Notes under the pieces: generated by a model
Database searches by the model: none
The model's input: the letters and a program-made list of their open reading frames with translations, nothing else
What the model was told of the DNA's origin: nothing
Translations under genes and position numbers: made by a program
From: Lama glama
Lineage: Eukaryota
Direction: 5' to 3'
Length of the DNA: 64,000 nucleotides
NCBI GenBank assembly: GCA_028534125.1
Contig: CM052817.1
Location: forward strand, 72,666,001 to 72,730,000
Shown: one piece after another, positions 1 to 13,961 of the stretch
Layout: each line of letters starts with the position of its first letter
Position numbering within the stretch: position 1 is the first letter of the stretch

Positions 1-989
1 GAGTCATTATTTCCAAGATAAACAGAAGATGTTTCACAAATAGCATGTGTCATCAGAGCAAATCCCCTTATGATCCAACCTTTGCCTAGATCTGGAAGGT
101 AACAGGAAACAGAGAGAACCTTAAAGACAGAACTTCTAAACACTTGCAGGAGGAGACACCAAACTTTCCACAATTTGTATGCAATTCTTACCTAAGGAAA
201 CAAATCTTCCAATGAAGACTGGTCAACGAACAGCTCATATTGCCAGCCCCATCTGGCCAAGAGTGCCACCCAATTTTAGTGAGGAAGGACCAAATAATCC
301 TGTTGGTTATTTGTATTTTGTGACCTACATAATCAGATTAATTAACTGTCAATTAAGAATGTACATTTCTCACTCTATTGTGCATATTCAATTATTCTTA
401 GCTATTTTTATGAGCTGTAATAAATTCTCAAGTAAAAATACCTCTTTCTCATAAATATCCTGAATGAGTCAAAGCTATATTATTATTCAAATTAAGACCA
501 TATTTTAAAAAATACCCTGCAGAACATGTAAGCAGCACCCTTTACAGGATGCCCCTTAGGAAAAATGATTTCTATCACCATATGTCACATATTGAATTAA
601 AATACTCTAATGATGCATTTTCTAATCCTGTCATGGATTCTATGTAGTCTGAATTGGTTAGTCTTAAATTGGTGCATAATGCTTATGAGGCCAGTGTGAT
701 AACATCAACATCCATCAAACCACTGAGATTAAGGAACTTTGCATTCTTTAAGTACATGAGTGTGGGAGCATGTGCACATTCATGGGGACAAACACACACA
801 CACAAATGCAAAAAAGTAACACGGAAAACTGGAAAAATTACGTTAATAATTTAGTGCAATCATTGCTACTTTTGGAGTCTAACTTAAATGAATCAAGGAT
901 CATGACTTGCTATGAACATATCACTCATTCGCCTTCCCTGAGTATATCCTAAGCTCCTGAACCAGGGCTCTTCAGTAGCAAGCAGCCCA

Positions 990-1195
990 GCTAGCATTAT
1001 TAAACATTAAAGCAACTCTGTGCCAGGCACTGTTCAAGTGCTCCACCACACATTTACAGTCAATCCTCGGTATAACGCTATACATTTGAGAAAAAGATAA
1101 ATTAACTTGCCCATTATTATAGCATTAAGGAAAGCCGGGATTGAATCTCAGGTATGTCTGGCCTCAGAGCTCAAGTTCATTAACTGCTGTATTAC
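990..1195 (-). mobile_element. MIR SINE fragment
   Basis: MIR-like motifs in reverse: tgtgccaggcactgttcaagtgct, aacttgccca, gggattgaatctcaggtatgtctggcctcagagc. Confidence 0.7.
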
Positions 1196-3524
1196 GTTGA
1201 CGCATGAAAATATCACACGGATAAATGTAAATTTAGCTCTTGTTTCAAATCAGTTGGTCCATGATTTTTTAGCTATATTTTATCGTTCAGTGTGGGAAGG
1301 AGATTATGATTGAATTGATAATATTCCTAAACAAATTGTCTAAAATCCTTTGTGGGAAAAGGCAGGTTAAAAATAAATGAATATATACATACGTCCATAG
1401 ATTAAAATATCTGTGAATATTTTCTTCTGCTAGAAATGAGACAGCAAAAGAAGGTAAGACGGACTTGGGAGTTATTGAAAGAAGGAGATTCGAAGTTCAC
1501 AAACCAAATGTAGCAGAAAGGAACACAAAACTAAAACTCATCCGAGCTCTCATCACACAGGAAGGCAGGGAATTTTCCCTCAGTTATTACTGTGGGGACT
1601 CCCTTACCACATACAGGCAATGCAATGACCCAGAAGACCCATGCAGTGTTAGTGCATCAGGAAGACCCCTCGGACTTCTCCCTAAACTGGCTGACGCAGA
1701 GATATCCCTTGTCCGAGCTCACATGGAGCCCTGGGAACCTGCTGCACTTGTGCCACAGATAACACAAGAGAACCTCAGCTGAGGCTGGAGACCAGAGACC
1801 AAGGGCCTGCCTTGAGGGCCCCTCCGGCAGGCACTGCCCTCTAAGGACTTTCTACGTCCCAGCTGGGGAGCTTCCAGGCCCACCCCAGCCTCAAGTAATG
1901 TCCTTGCTCCGAGCTCTTTCCTCAAAGGTTCAAGCTTCTAGAAAACAAAACCCCAAAATACAGGTTGTTTCAGATAACTTCTACTTTTGCCCTCTACACA
2001 AACTTCCCGAGGGCACCAGAGTCTGGTGACAAGTTGGGACCTGGGGAACAATAATAGAAGAAAAACAAAAAGTAAATTAGTATCTTAATAAAATATCTTG
2101 CCTGCAAATAATGTGCAAAGGTAAGGAAAGCAGTGTTTTTGCTTCTTTTCTATCATTCCTTATTTTTCAGTTACACTTGCTCCATATGTTACTCTTTCTC
2201 TGCTTCTTTCCATTTCTCTCATGTTTTCATCTCTCTTTAGATTAGAGCCAATATCCCTTACTGAAGAGTGCTGTTCTAGCACCTCCATGTTGAGTACAGC
2301 ACTAATTCAGATTAAACCCGGCAGAGGAGTCTCTAGAAGTACGTGCCCACAATTAATTTTATGTCTTTTAAATTTCAGACGAGGGTGTGTGTGTACGTCT
2401 AATCATTTTTCTTTTTTAACCTCAACAATGTTTGGCAACAGATATTCCAATGGTCTTGAGGATATTCTGGCCAAAGCACCCATCTCCCACCCCCAAGTGG
2501 CATTTTTAGTTTAGATGATAAACATTTTAATTTGCAAAAGCTAGTTCTCTGGCTTCTTCAGACTTTCTTCAGACATGGGCACTTTAGCTTTTTCAAGTTT
2601 CCAAGCCCCTGACTGTTTAATCCATGGAGTTTTAGAATGTTACAAAGTGAAGTCGCATTTAACAGATGTTCGTTTCAAGGAGCTCCAGAACTTCGTAAAT
2701 TATTATAAATTAATTTGCTCATTTCAGAGTTTGACAAAGCAGCTCTCAGGCCTTTCCATGATCTGTGCTGGAGGAAGGGAAGAGTGAAAAAAGCAGCAGG
2801 TTGGGGTCCCAGGAAAAAAGAGTGTCTCCGGTGTTTCAGTAAGTGGCTATGTCACATAAAACTTATGTTGGCTGTTAAGTGGCCAAGCCAGCTGCAGCCC
2901 ATGTGCCACAAACGCTCTGGCCTCTCATGTCTCCCGTTCAGTTATTGTGTCTATAAATTCAATGGGCCACCTGTGCAATGTGCTCATCCACAAGAGCCCC
3001 AGAGGAAGCATTAACGTATCAAGGCTCATAAAGCACAAATCCTTAAATGTAAAAACCGACACTTTCATCCTCTCCAGGCTACATCTATATAGATTTCTTT
3101 CTAATGAAACAAAAAAACGTTTATTTTTCTGCCTACAGTGAAATGCCTATAAAAGGTGTTAAACAATTAACAATTGCATTATTTAAATTTTTACTGTTGT
3201 GAAGCCACCTAATTTTATTCTCTGAAACTATGTCAGTCCACGGTTAGAACACCCATCTCTATTAATAACTTGCCATTCAGTTTAACCATGAAAATGACCT
3301 ATACCAAGTGCCTGGCAACCATCAACTCAGAGGACCAAAAAAAAAAAAAATAGGTAAATTTCAAAAGTAAGTGAATATGTCTTTTTCTTCTTTCAATTCT
3401 CTTTTAAGTCAGTTTTCCTGAAAATCTTGTCATCTACTGGAAAATTAAATACATGCTTTCCTCTATTTTGTCTCTTTACTCTGACAATGTTAGCCAAACA
3501 TTTTAATATTCTTAGTAAATTTTT

Positions 3525-3880
3525 GAACATATCCCTAATAGTATTTCACCTGGAGGGTTGTAATTATGTATTTATCTCTGTCTCTCCCCTTTTACACTGT
3601 AAACTCTGACAGCAGTTCTTAATGGTAGTTGGAGAGGAGGTGAGTGAATCGTTTAGAGACCTCTTTGTATATACACATTCAGTTTCCAGGCACTTCCTAC
3701 CCCATCCTAAAAAGCTAACAGAATACACGAGGAAGTAGAGAGTAGAGAATAAAGGAAGAAAGGCCATGTGTATTTTTGCAGTTTCCCACTGTAGGGAGGA
3801 GATATATTGAGTCTATATTTGTGTGAATATCAGTAACCTGGCACGTCACAGGAGATTAATAAACAATGAATAAATGAGTG
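3525..3880 (+). mobile_element. L2 LINE 3' end, interrupted by about 180 bp of other sequence
   Basis: tatttatctctgtctctcccc...actgtaaactc, later cctggcac...taataaacaatgaataaatgagt, resembling the L2 tail. Confidence 0.5.
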
Positions 3881-4409
3881 GAACAAAATAAGGCAAAGAC
3901 TTTCAGTTCAAAGAATTCAATACTAATAATTTTCAGTCAAGTTATTCACCAAACCCATTCTGGCATATATAGATGCTATTTTCTAAACAATATTTGTACC
4001 CCCTTAAACTAGCGGTGGGTAGAGCAGAGAAGATGCTAATATTCAGGGGAGGAAAAGAAGCAGTATTGATGCATAAGGACAGCCTAGTGTCATACACAGA
4101 TAACAAAGAAAAACTCTACAGTTTAATGACTGTGTTGGGCTCCAGGTTCCTGCATGAGAACCAGAACATTTACCTTGCAAGATGTACTGAAAAGCTGAAC
4201 CCAAGCTGCTGCACACTCCCATCATTCCCTTACTGATTAAACATTGGAAGTTACCACCAAAACGTGACAACTATTTAAGAGGAAGCAATAAAACACATAT
4301 TTTGTGACATCTCCTAGGTGATCAGGACCAACTCCTCTCCTTACCAGGGAGTGAGATGAAAAAAATGGATCAGATATTCAGTCACTTAAGAGAGTTCAAC
4401 TTCAGAGTA

Positions 4410-4961
4410 TGTAGGAAAGGATTAACATCACTCAGAGGTCTAGCCTTTGCCTTTCTCTCAGGGGAGATGATCTCTAGGAATAGTGTCTTTGTTAACCTGG
4501 GGGGTTTTGATTAAAATTCTGTAATGTGACTTATGAGGAGGCTTTGGGCCATGTGGTATCCACCACTTCTGGAGAGGCTGGATACTAAAGGTCAGACACT
4601 CAGGCAGACAACTCCATGGTGAAATCCCAATAAAAACTAGGGAACAGGTGAACTTTCCTGGTTGGCAGTACTGCATGTGTACTGTCACCCGTCATTACCA
4701 GGAGAGTAATGCTCTCCATGACTGCACAAGGAAAAGATGATCAGAAGATCCTTGTTTGGAACTTTCCTGGATTGTGCCCCTTGAATCTCTTCCCTTGGCT
4801 GATTTTTATCTGTATCCTTTCCCTGTAACTGTAACTGTGAGTACAACAGTTTTCAGTGAGTTCTGTGACTCCTCCTAGTGAACTAGCAAACCCAAGGGTG
4901 GTCTTTGAACCCCCAAATTCAGCAGTTGGTATCAGAATGGTCTGTTCTCTAACTCTGTACA
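4410..4961 (+). mobile_element. ERVL solo LTR, MER21-like
   Basis: TG...CA ends; cccaataaaaact, ttcctggttggcagtactgcatgtgtactgtcac, tctcttcccttggctgattt, ttcagtgagttctgtg resemble MER21. Confidence 0.8.
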
Positions 4962-5339
4962 GAGCTTCTCTGATTTTGGGAGGGGATTAAGGGAGTCATG
5001 ACTCTCTGGCCATTGCAACATAGGAGTTAAATGAGCAATAGAATTACCCCAAATTAGAAGGTTCTTGTGTATCCTGTCTTTGGCTACAAAGACTTCGTGG
5101 TACTTCTAGAAATTCTAACTTACTGTCAGCAGTGTCTCCAGGGTTACAGCAAGCCAGGGCTTCACAACTTCAGAAAAACTATCTCCCTAGACTGTTTTTC
5201 ATTTACTTTGAAAACTTACGGAATTACTTTCTAATTACCTGAAAAGTAAAGGCACTACTTTGTTTTTTTAATTCTCTCCTGATCCATAGCAGAGAATCAC
5301 AAGTGAGCACCACTTTAATATTTAAATAAATAATAACAG

Positions 5340-5470
5340 ATTTGACAATCATAATTATAATACATACATACACAAATAGTGTTTACTCTGTGCAGGGGCT
5401 GTTCTGAGTGCTTTAAATAAATTAACTCTCAATCCTCACAATCATTAACCCCTACTGTGGTAGATGTTCA
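5340..5470 (-). mobile_element. MIR fragment
   Basis: agtgtttactctgtgcaggggctgttctgagtgcttta...aatcctcacaa. Confidence 0.55.
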
Positions 5471-5998
5471 CCCACTGATACACCTTTCACATTAAAAAGA
5501 AAAATAAAGCCATCTAACCAGCCAAATTGCTTGGTTGATTGGTTTAAATAATTAAGTGGCATTTGAAAAGGCAACTTTGTTTCAGTTTGGTCATCTTCTC
5601 AGTCCACTTTAGCTCAGATCTAGGTACAGGATTTTTAGTTCTGGACTCCCAGAAAGTGCATCCTGGGATCAACTGTTGTCTTGGAAATACTATTTCTCAC
5701 CCAGGCCACAAACAAGAATTTCCTATAGGAAATCCAAAAAGGACTGATGGAATTGGGACTTTGGAAGTGGAAGTGGTGAAGACCTTTAAGATATTATAGG
5801 GCACTGGTGTACACAGTTAAAAAAAAAAAGATGTTAGGAGGGGGCAATTTTTCTTTCCTTTGTCTAATATATAATTTTCTGATGGAATTTTAGACGTTTA
5901 TGAGATCTGGCTTTTAGAAGTATTTTGTATATGTGCAACAGATTTTTTTTCTCTTACTTTAATTCTATGAAATGCTGTTGTAAATTTTTTCTGGAGTA

Positions 5999-6547
5999 TG
6001 CAGTCTTCCATCTATCTATCACTACATAATAAATCATCCTAACACCCATTTTCTCATGAGTCTGCAACATAGGCAGAGCCCAGCGGGGACAGCTCGTCTT
6101 TAATCCACTTAGCATCAAATAGGGTGACTGGAAGGCTGGGAGCTAGAAATCACCTGAAGACTGCTTCACTCATATATTTGGTGGTTGATGTTGGCTGCTG
6201 GCTGGCTACTCAGCTGGAGCTGTGGCCTGAACACCAAGATATGGCTTTTCCATGAGGATGCTTGGCTTCTTCAGAACATGGTATTTGGTTTCCAAAGACA
6301 AGAGTCCCGAAAGAGGAAGTCAGAAAGAAACCTTACCATTCTTATGACCTCATTTGAGATGTCATGCACTCTTGAGTCAGATCACTCAGCTGCATTTTGT
6401 TTATGGAGAGTCTCACAAAAGCCTGTCTAATTTCAAGAGAAGGGGAAATTGAACTCATTCCTTGATGGGGGTGGCAAGGTTGTGGAAGAGCATGTGGGAC
6501 CAACAATAATGCTTGTGCCATTTTGGGGCAATATCACCTACCCCAGC
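5999..6547 (-). mobile_element. MaLR solo LTR, MLT1H-like
   Basis: ggcagagcccagcggggacagctcgtct, cttcactcatatatttggtggttgatgttggctgctggctgg, cttgatgggggtggcaagg resemble reverse-strand MLT1. Confidence 0.75.
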
Positions 6548-8139
6548 AACTCCCTATGAGAAAGGAAAACTAATGACTTGTGTTTATTTTCCCATAGGAG
6601 AAAAGAAACACTAACATCTATTTCACAGATAATGCATCAGGCACACACATTCAGAACTTCAGATTAAAGTTGCCAAGCTTTCGCATTCTTCATAACTGAA
6701 GTGTCTCACTTCTGTTTCCTACTGGCCAGCTGGTAGTCAAATGAACTGGGTTTACTTTGGGTAAATGATCACAGTTTTCAAATTGCAAGGATTTTTAACA
6801 TTAGCAAGGTTATCCACAAAATGATTACTCTATTTCAAGGACAAAATGGAACAAGATACTATAGTTTTTTTAAACTGAAATTATTTATAATTTTTAAATT
6901 AAATTTTATCATAGATGGAAAGAACTTCCCTATATATTTACCAGTATAATTTCCCATTAGTTGCAGCCCATAAGTACAGCTCACTGTGTCCTTTGTGGTA
7001 GGTTCAGTGTGGTAGAAAGCGAAGGGGATAACAACTCAGTCTGAAAACTCACCTCACTCCCCTAAACTCCAGTATCTTCACTTATCAAATAAGACATAAT
7101 TAAAAACTAAATCACACTTTTATTTTGAGAATTAAATAAAAACATGTAGATGGAAATTATTTTAAAATTCAAAGTCATATACTAAATTATATCATAATTA
7201 TTTTATCATTTTGGATATCACATTGCAAAGAAAGAATAAGAAATGTTCTTCTTTTCCAGATATATTAATTTTTTTTCTGAAATTAGGTTTGAAGTTACAA
7301 AATAGGAAATTGGAGAAAACTACGTCTGGTTAAAATGCTAACCAAATACTTTTTGACCTAAATTTTAGTATAATTGGTCCTCTGCTTCCATTCTAAAATA
7401 ATATTTTTCCAGAAACACAGGTATTTCACATTTCAAGATACGTATTATGGAGGCAAAATAATGAGGGAACGGCACATGAACATAATGTAGTTTTTTTTGA
7501 AGTATTTTTACACTAATTGATACTTTACAAGGAGAGGAACTTGATTACATTTCCCCTTAGTGTTTAAGGTTTCCCTCCTTAAACCAAAAGGAAAGAAGAA
7601 TTGAGGAAACTGAGCCATCATTAGAATTTCTCAGGATTGTTTCTGAAGTGGCTTCAGCACAGAAAGCAAATTATGATCAGTTTTTCCAAATAAGCATTGT
7701 ATGTCATAAACTAAATCTCCTCATCTTAACTGCTCTGTACTGTGCGTGGTACCACCCAGTTAAGTACGGAGCGGTAATGCCTCTTATACTCTGTCATCAC
7801 TGCAATGAGAAGATCCTGTACATGGAAGTAAATAACATGGCCAGTGTGGTGGGCATCTCCCCAGAGAACTGGCATCCCCAGGCTGGTGTCTCCGGGATCG
7901 TGACTTGATTCCTTGGACTTGACAAGAATCACAGCTATGCTAAATGCACATTTCCTGCCTGCGCACTGAAGGGAAGTAAAATAATTTTGCCCCTTAAGCT
8001 AGTTACTCCTAAAATCCAGACAACATTCACCATCACAAAGTTGTGCAGCAAGAGCTTGGGTCTGTTCTCCAACCTCCAGTTCTCACAGTTTGAGTCACTT
8101 TTGACAAGGAGGGGGCAGGGCAGGGGATGAAACAAATAG

Positions 8140-8525
8140 TAAGACCTGGAGCAAGAAGAATATGATTCAAGTCCAAATTCTGTCAATTACAGTGAACTTG
8201 AGCACATCAATCAACTTTCCTAAGCTTTAGATTCCCCTGTAAAACAAAATCGGTACTCTACTACCTGATACCAAAGTGAAAGCACTTTAAAAATGTAAGC
8301 CAGTGGTTGTCAAACTCTAGTATGCATCAGTATCACCAGGAGGGCTGGTTAAACCAGATGATGAGAGCCCGTCCCCAGAGTTTCTGATTCAATAGGTCTT
8401 GGGTGGGGTCTGGGAATTTGCATTTCTGACAAGTTCCCAGGTGACACTGCTGCTGCTGCTGGACCAGAGGCCACACTTGGATGACAACTGCTCCAAAACA
8501 ATATACAAATTCAAGTGTAGTAGCT
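8140..8525 (+). mobile_element. MIR fragment split by MER5A
   Basis: ttcaagtccaaattctgtcaattac...gtgaacttgagc...ctgtaaaa...aaagcacttt; the tail resumes after MER5A. Confidence 0.5.
8301..8490 (-). mobile_element. MER5A hAT-Charlie MITE, full length
   Basis: Terminal inverted repeats cagtggttgtca...tgacaactg; internal cccagagtttctgattcaataggtct and gaatttgcatttctgacaagttcccaggtga. Confidence 0.92.
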
Positions 8526-11269
8526 GCCAAAGTAGGTATTAAATAGCTCATGAGAAACAAGTCTTCGGATATAAAACACAATCCACTGCATAAGACTGCA
8601 GCAAGGCTGAAGGCAGCAGACTGCCATGGTCAGCAGAAACTTTTCAGAGCTTTTCAGGGGTTACCACATGAGGCATGAATGTGTTGTGGTGAGATTTTTT
8701 TTTTCCAACCAGACACTGCTATGCTCAACAAACTGAAAAAGCAGAGTGCCTCAGATACCCAATTCTTTGTAAAAATCTCGAAAGGCTGCCTTTCTAGTAG
8801 AGATCAATTCCTCTGTTTGGAAATTTGACTTTGTTCTTGGTTTTATTTTTTAAATTCTGCTAATCAACTTGTTTCATCAGTGAAGTTTTGACCAGTAACA
8901 ATCTGGACTTATTTTAATAGAAATATTTCGTGAAGAGTGGTAAACTTTACATGAAACAAATCGAGAGATGTCAAGCTCTGGTAGTGATGGCAAATGGTAA
9001 TTCCATTCCCTCTCATCTAGTTCATTATTATTACATGTAAAACTACAAAAATTATACTGGAGACTGTCTTCAAAAACTTAATTTAAAACTTTTAAGGACT
9101 CTGTGGAAAAATGCATTTCTCTGTGAAACTAACTTACTTTAAAGAAAGCCAGAAAATATAGTACTTTAAAAAGCAGAATTATTATTTGTAATATTTGCAT
9201 ACACAGTTTTCCATGGTAATGTTAAAGTTACCACATTCTTCAAAGGCCCCTTAAAATAACGTACTCTGCCTTCCTAAATGGACCCTGACAAGGGAAGTCT
9301 GTGAAACTGACCTACTCACGGCTGTGCCCCGTGCATCTTTAAAATACCACCAGGGCTCAAGTCTACATCAACAAGAGTTATTAATTTGGCTTAATTTTAC
9401 CCCAAATTATTATCCTGCAACATGAAAATCATAAGGGATTTTATGAACAGGCCGAAATTACTTTTTTAGTTCTATTAAGGCTCAGTACCGTATCAATATA
9501 TTTCTACTTGTTAAAAAAAACAATGTATTTCTACTGCAGATCTATTTGTAAAAAATTAGTCCAGAACCTGGTATCAGCTCCTGAGTCAGTTTTCTTATTA
9601 ATTTTTTAACTTATTAGAAAAATGCTATAGGAGATTTGTGCAGAGTAAAGTGTATCAGTATTGAGAACTAGACAGCATTCTTTATATTACCAGCAAGCAT
9701 GATGGAAAATGAAAGAATACTAAATGTCGCTATACTGACAATATGGATGCATATGATCTTGCTGAAATAAATACATCTCAGATTGCAGGCTAAATTATTT
9801 AAAGACTTTCCCAACAAACTCTTCAATAGTTCTCTCTCAAATCTTTCTAACAAACAGACATAGAGAAGAGCCTTCATTTACCTTTGTTTGATATCTTACT
9901 GGAAAATTGATATTGACCATTGACATAATTAAGGACAATAAAATGAACTTGTGAACTTGTTCTTCCATGGGGAAGGGGAATGGGGGAACTGTGAATTGCT
10001 CTAAACCATAGAGGACTGAATTCTCATTTCCAGAATCCACACAGCATTCCCTTTTATGCAATATGATTACAGTCTCTATGTGTAGAAACTGTTCATACAA
10101 TCATAGAGTTGCTATATGTAGTATTTAATAACAGTTAAGACTTCACTGGCAGCTATCATACTGAATTCCAAAACATAGCATGCACCCCTGCTTATTACAA
10201 AATATTTATATTTTATTGCTCAAATGCAGAAATAATTTACAATTTCAGCAAAAAGTGCCTGTTGTGACCCCAACTGTATATATTATGAACATTCCACTCA
10301 ACTTATCCCTAACATGGATAAAATAAGCAACTTGTAATTCTGATGATGAAGTCTCAAACTGTTTGATAATGAAAAATGATCTAATATATTGTGATAAGAA
10401 AAATACATTTCAGGAAATGTGTAACAAGTTTGCACAGGACAAAGGGATAAAACATCAAGGCAGCTGAAATAGTACAATAAAGAATACGGAGCTCTGTGCC
10501 CTCCAGGTCCACGACAAGTGAGAAAGACAAGTTCCCTGGCCTTCTTCCATTTCCTTCCATTTCCTCAGGTTCTGAAAGAAATATGCTCATATAAGCTTAA
10601 CTCCTTTTTTAAGAACAGGCAGCCTGTTAAGTAGCTGGTATATCCTAGCTAGATCATCTATACTCTCTTATTATGCCTTAAATTTTGAGATATTTTTGCT
10701 TGTGTGTATATGGGAGGAGGAAGGAGAGGCTGATATAGTGATGCCAGGTACTGTTAATTTCCAGGAAAAACAGAACGTAAGATGCTTTGAGTCCTCTTCT
10801 CACATGAAGGTATATCAACAGCTCTAAGTTCCATTCTCCCTTCATGAATAGTGAAGTCATTCTCTACAAATAATGTTTGGATTCTTCCATTCTTTTTTTT
10901 TAAATATGGGAGCAACAGTATTTCCACGGAGAATAAACATTACAAGAACCACTAAAAACAGCGGGATACAAAAACTTTTTGTCAATTTACTGTATATCAG
11001 TCTTGCAAACTCTCAGAACTCTTGGATAGTTAATCTTGAATTTCTCTTCATTTAATTTTTCAACTAGCCCATCACACTGAATATTCTTCTACTATGCATG
11101 AAAGCAGGAAAAAAAACCCACCAATATCATGTATGCACACTATATAAAATATGTCTAATTATGTAAAAGTATATATATTGAATATATAAGTAAAGCCACA
11201 CACATACACATATATATGGTTTTCCAATGCACACTATAAGAAGGTTCTGTTTGCATTCATATGTTGCAC

Positions 11270-11500
11270 TAGTTTAACTAATAATTATTGAGGATCGGGT
11301 AAGTGTCAAACACTAAATACTAGATGAAGATAAATCAGACATATTACTTGACTCTGTGAATCTCACTAAGAGAGACAGACTCTAATAAATAAAGTAATTA
11401 ATTAAACTTTACTTAAAGTTTGTTAAACAAAACAAGAGACATACATGTAAACAGATAATTACAATATAGTGTGAAAAGTTGCTATATTAGTGTTTTTTGC
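11270..11500 (-). mobile_element. L2 fragment
   Basis: ttattgagg...gtgtcaaacact...gagagacagac...acatgtaaacagataattacaatatagtgtg. Confidence 0.5.
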
Positions 11501-13961
11501 ATCTTACTTACCAAACTTACCAAACAAGAGGTAGATAAATGGAATTTCCCTAGAAGCTCTGTGTTAGGTCTTTCTCTTTGTATCTAAGAGTTTCCTTATA
11601 ATTCATCAACCTGAATACCATGGAAGCAGCTCAATATCACTATCAGATAATTTCAAAGCTGTCCCCACCCTAAACACTCCACTCCACCTAGCAGTGAGCA
11701 AAGTCAGCTCTGCTGCTTCTCTGGGCACATCAAAGGAAACATAAACACTTTAAGTGGGCCACAGAGTGAGACTGGCATTGGGAGTCCAGGACCCAAGAGA
11801 ATAAAAGTATTGGCATGAATGCCTGAGAAGTTTCCTTTTAAACACACTAAGATTTGACACATACCCACTAAGCACCTATGGGACAGGAGCCAAGCTCCAG
11901 GCTGGGTACTGCAATTCAGAAAGGAATGAGACCTGGTCGATGTTGTAAAGGATCATATACACTAACAATTGATATTAAAATAAAGAAACCGGGACAACTA
12001 GTTATCAGCAAATCTGACTACACATTATATTTCTGTAAAAATGCATATCCACCAATTTAAAATACTGAATGTCTTTTTATTTTCCAACTACCAATTCACT
12101 TACCAAATTATCAATTTTAGATATTGAAGATTTGTTTTAATTGTGGATCAGGGTGGAGAGGCTCCCTAATTAATTGGGTTGAAAATTTTTTTTAAAGAAA
12201 CAGTAGTATGTGGAGCCTCTTAGAACGTCAACACACACTGAAGGAAGTATTTTCCAGCACTATTTCTGCAGGTACGTTGGCTCCAATTTTGGTCTCTTTA
12301 CACTTACACACAATCCCTCTGTCCACGAGAGCCTTCAAATCTGTAGTTCCGCTTCCTTAAATAGTCCCTTTTTCCTCTGAACTGGATGATTTACAATTTC
12401 TAATAAATTTAGGTGGCATGGTTGCACTTAGGCAGTAGGTCTGTAACAATTACCCAGCGGTTTTTAAACTGAAGTTTAATTCATTATGAACTAAGTGAGT
12501 CTGAAATTCTGCGTACTAAGTGTTATTATCAGTGCTACTTACAGACAGGAGAGACATCATCTCCATGCCCTAACTGCCATTAGTTTACATCAAGTACCAT
12601 TTATTTAGCATGGTGGGCAAATGGATTAGTTTAACTTTCTTGGCATTTGTGATTTTTTTTTCCATGCTACAGAACTTTTCTAAGACATAATCACTGCACT
12701 ATTTCCAAAGCTCCAATATTCATCTTTGGTCATTTGGGAATGTTTCCTAACCAAGCAATGAGAAAAGTTCTTTGCTGTGAGGGATAAGAGAAAAATAACT
12801 TTTTTCCCCCACAAATCCTGACTGTAAACACAGGCCTGCCCCTGCATGACCCTGGGTGTTGCCAGTTACACATATGCACGGAGCATGGGAATCCTCTTCC
12901 CTGCAGCCCTCACCTGCCATTTCCATCACGCTGCGGCCGCAGCTCCAAGCAGGCAGTAAATCTGTCAGTGGGGCCTAGCACCAAACGGCACCATCTTCCT
13001 ATCTAGCCTTTTAAGACAAGCCCCCGGACAATTTCTCCCCCTTAGAGTGACATAAATGCTACACTCAGAAAAAGGCTGATACCAAAATCTTTACTCAACT
13101 TGCTTTTTCTCAGGAAAATTTTTATCAATAGAAACTGATAAGAACAAATTTCAAAGAATCATCTAAATGTATCCATCCTTGAAAAATCAAGGACACTCAT
13201 TTTGTTTTGGTTTGCCCATAAATACTGGCTAGTGCCTGAGGAGCTGAAGATAAACTGAGGGGTATATTGAGAGGGGATCACTTGGCAGCCAGGTTTGAAG
13301 ACCGTACTTCTGAAGCTCCATCAACAACTTCAAGTGAAAGGTTTGTGTTTATCCACCTTTAACTAGGAACGCTGCAGTTTCAGCTTCTCTTTCTCCCGTT
13401 AGTCCTAGTGTTATTATCAGTGATGTATTGGAATAGAAAAAGGGTCACAAGTAATCTGAGAAGGGGGAAAAAAAGGCAAGACTCCATTCTAAATATTGCA
13501 GCCATTTGGAAAGGGTAGCTTTCACACAGAAATCCCCAAACCTCACAAATCTCCCAAAAGTGAATTGATTTGTCATATTTTAGACATACACCTCATATTT
13601 AAAGTAAGCTTAATGGTTTTTGTTCTCCATATACATATATATATTAAAAATTGCTCCCATGCTATAATGGGATGAATAAAATTTGGGGTTAGACTTGGGT
13701 TCAAATTCTATTTTGGCCACTTATATGTAGGTTAAGGAGGATTCAGTGAATTAGCATATATAAATATCTGGAATGTGACATGTGATAAAAATATATTGGT
13801 TCTTACTTCTTTCTTACCAGCCATAAAATATTAAAATTAAAAAAACACTTATTTTTACATGATTGATATGTGTTGTTTTTGAAACCTCTAATAACTATGA
13901 CTTGATTTTTTAATGTTATTTTTTTCTACGTGAACTGATGTCATTTTATTTCATAAGAGAT

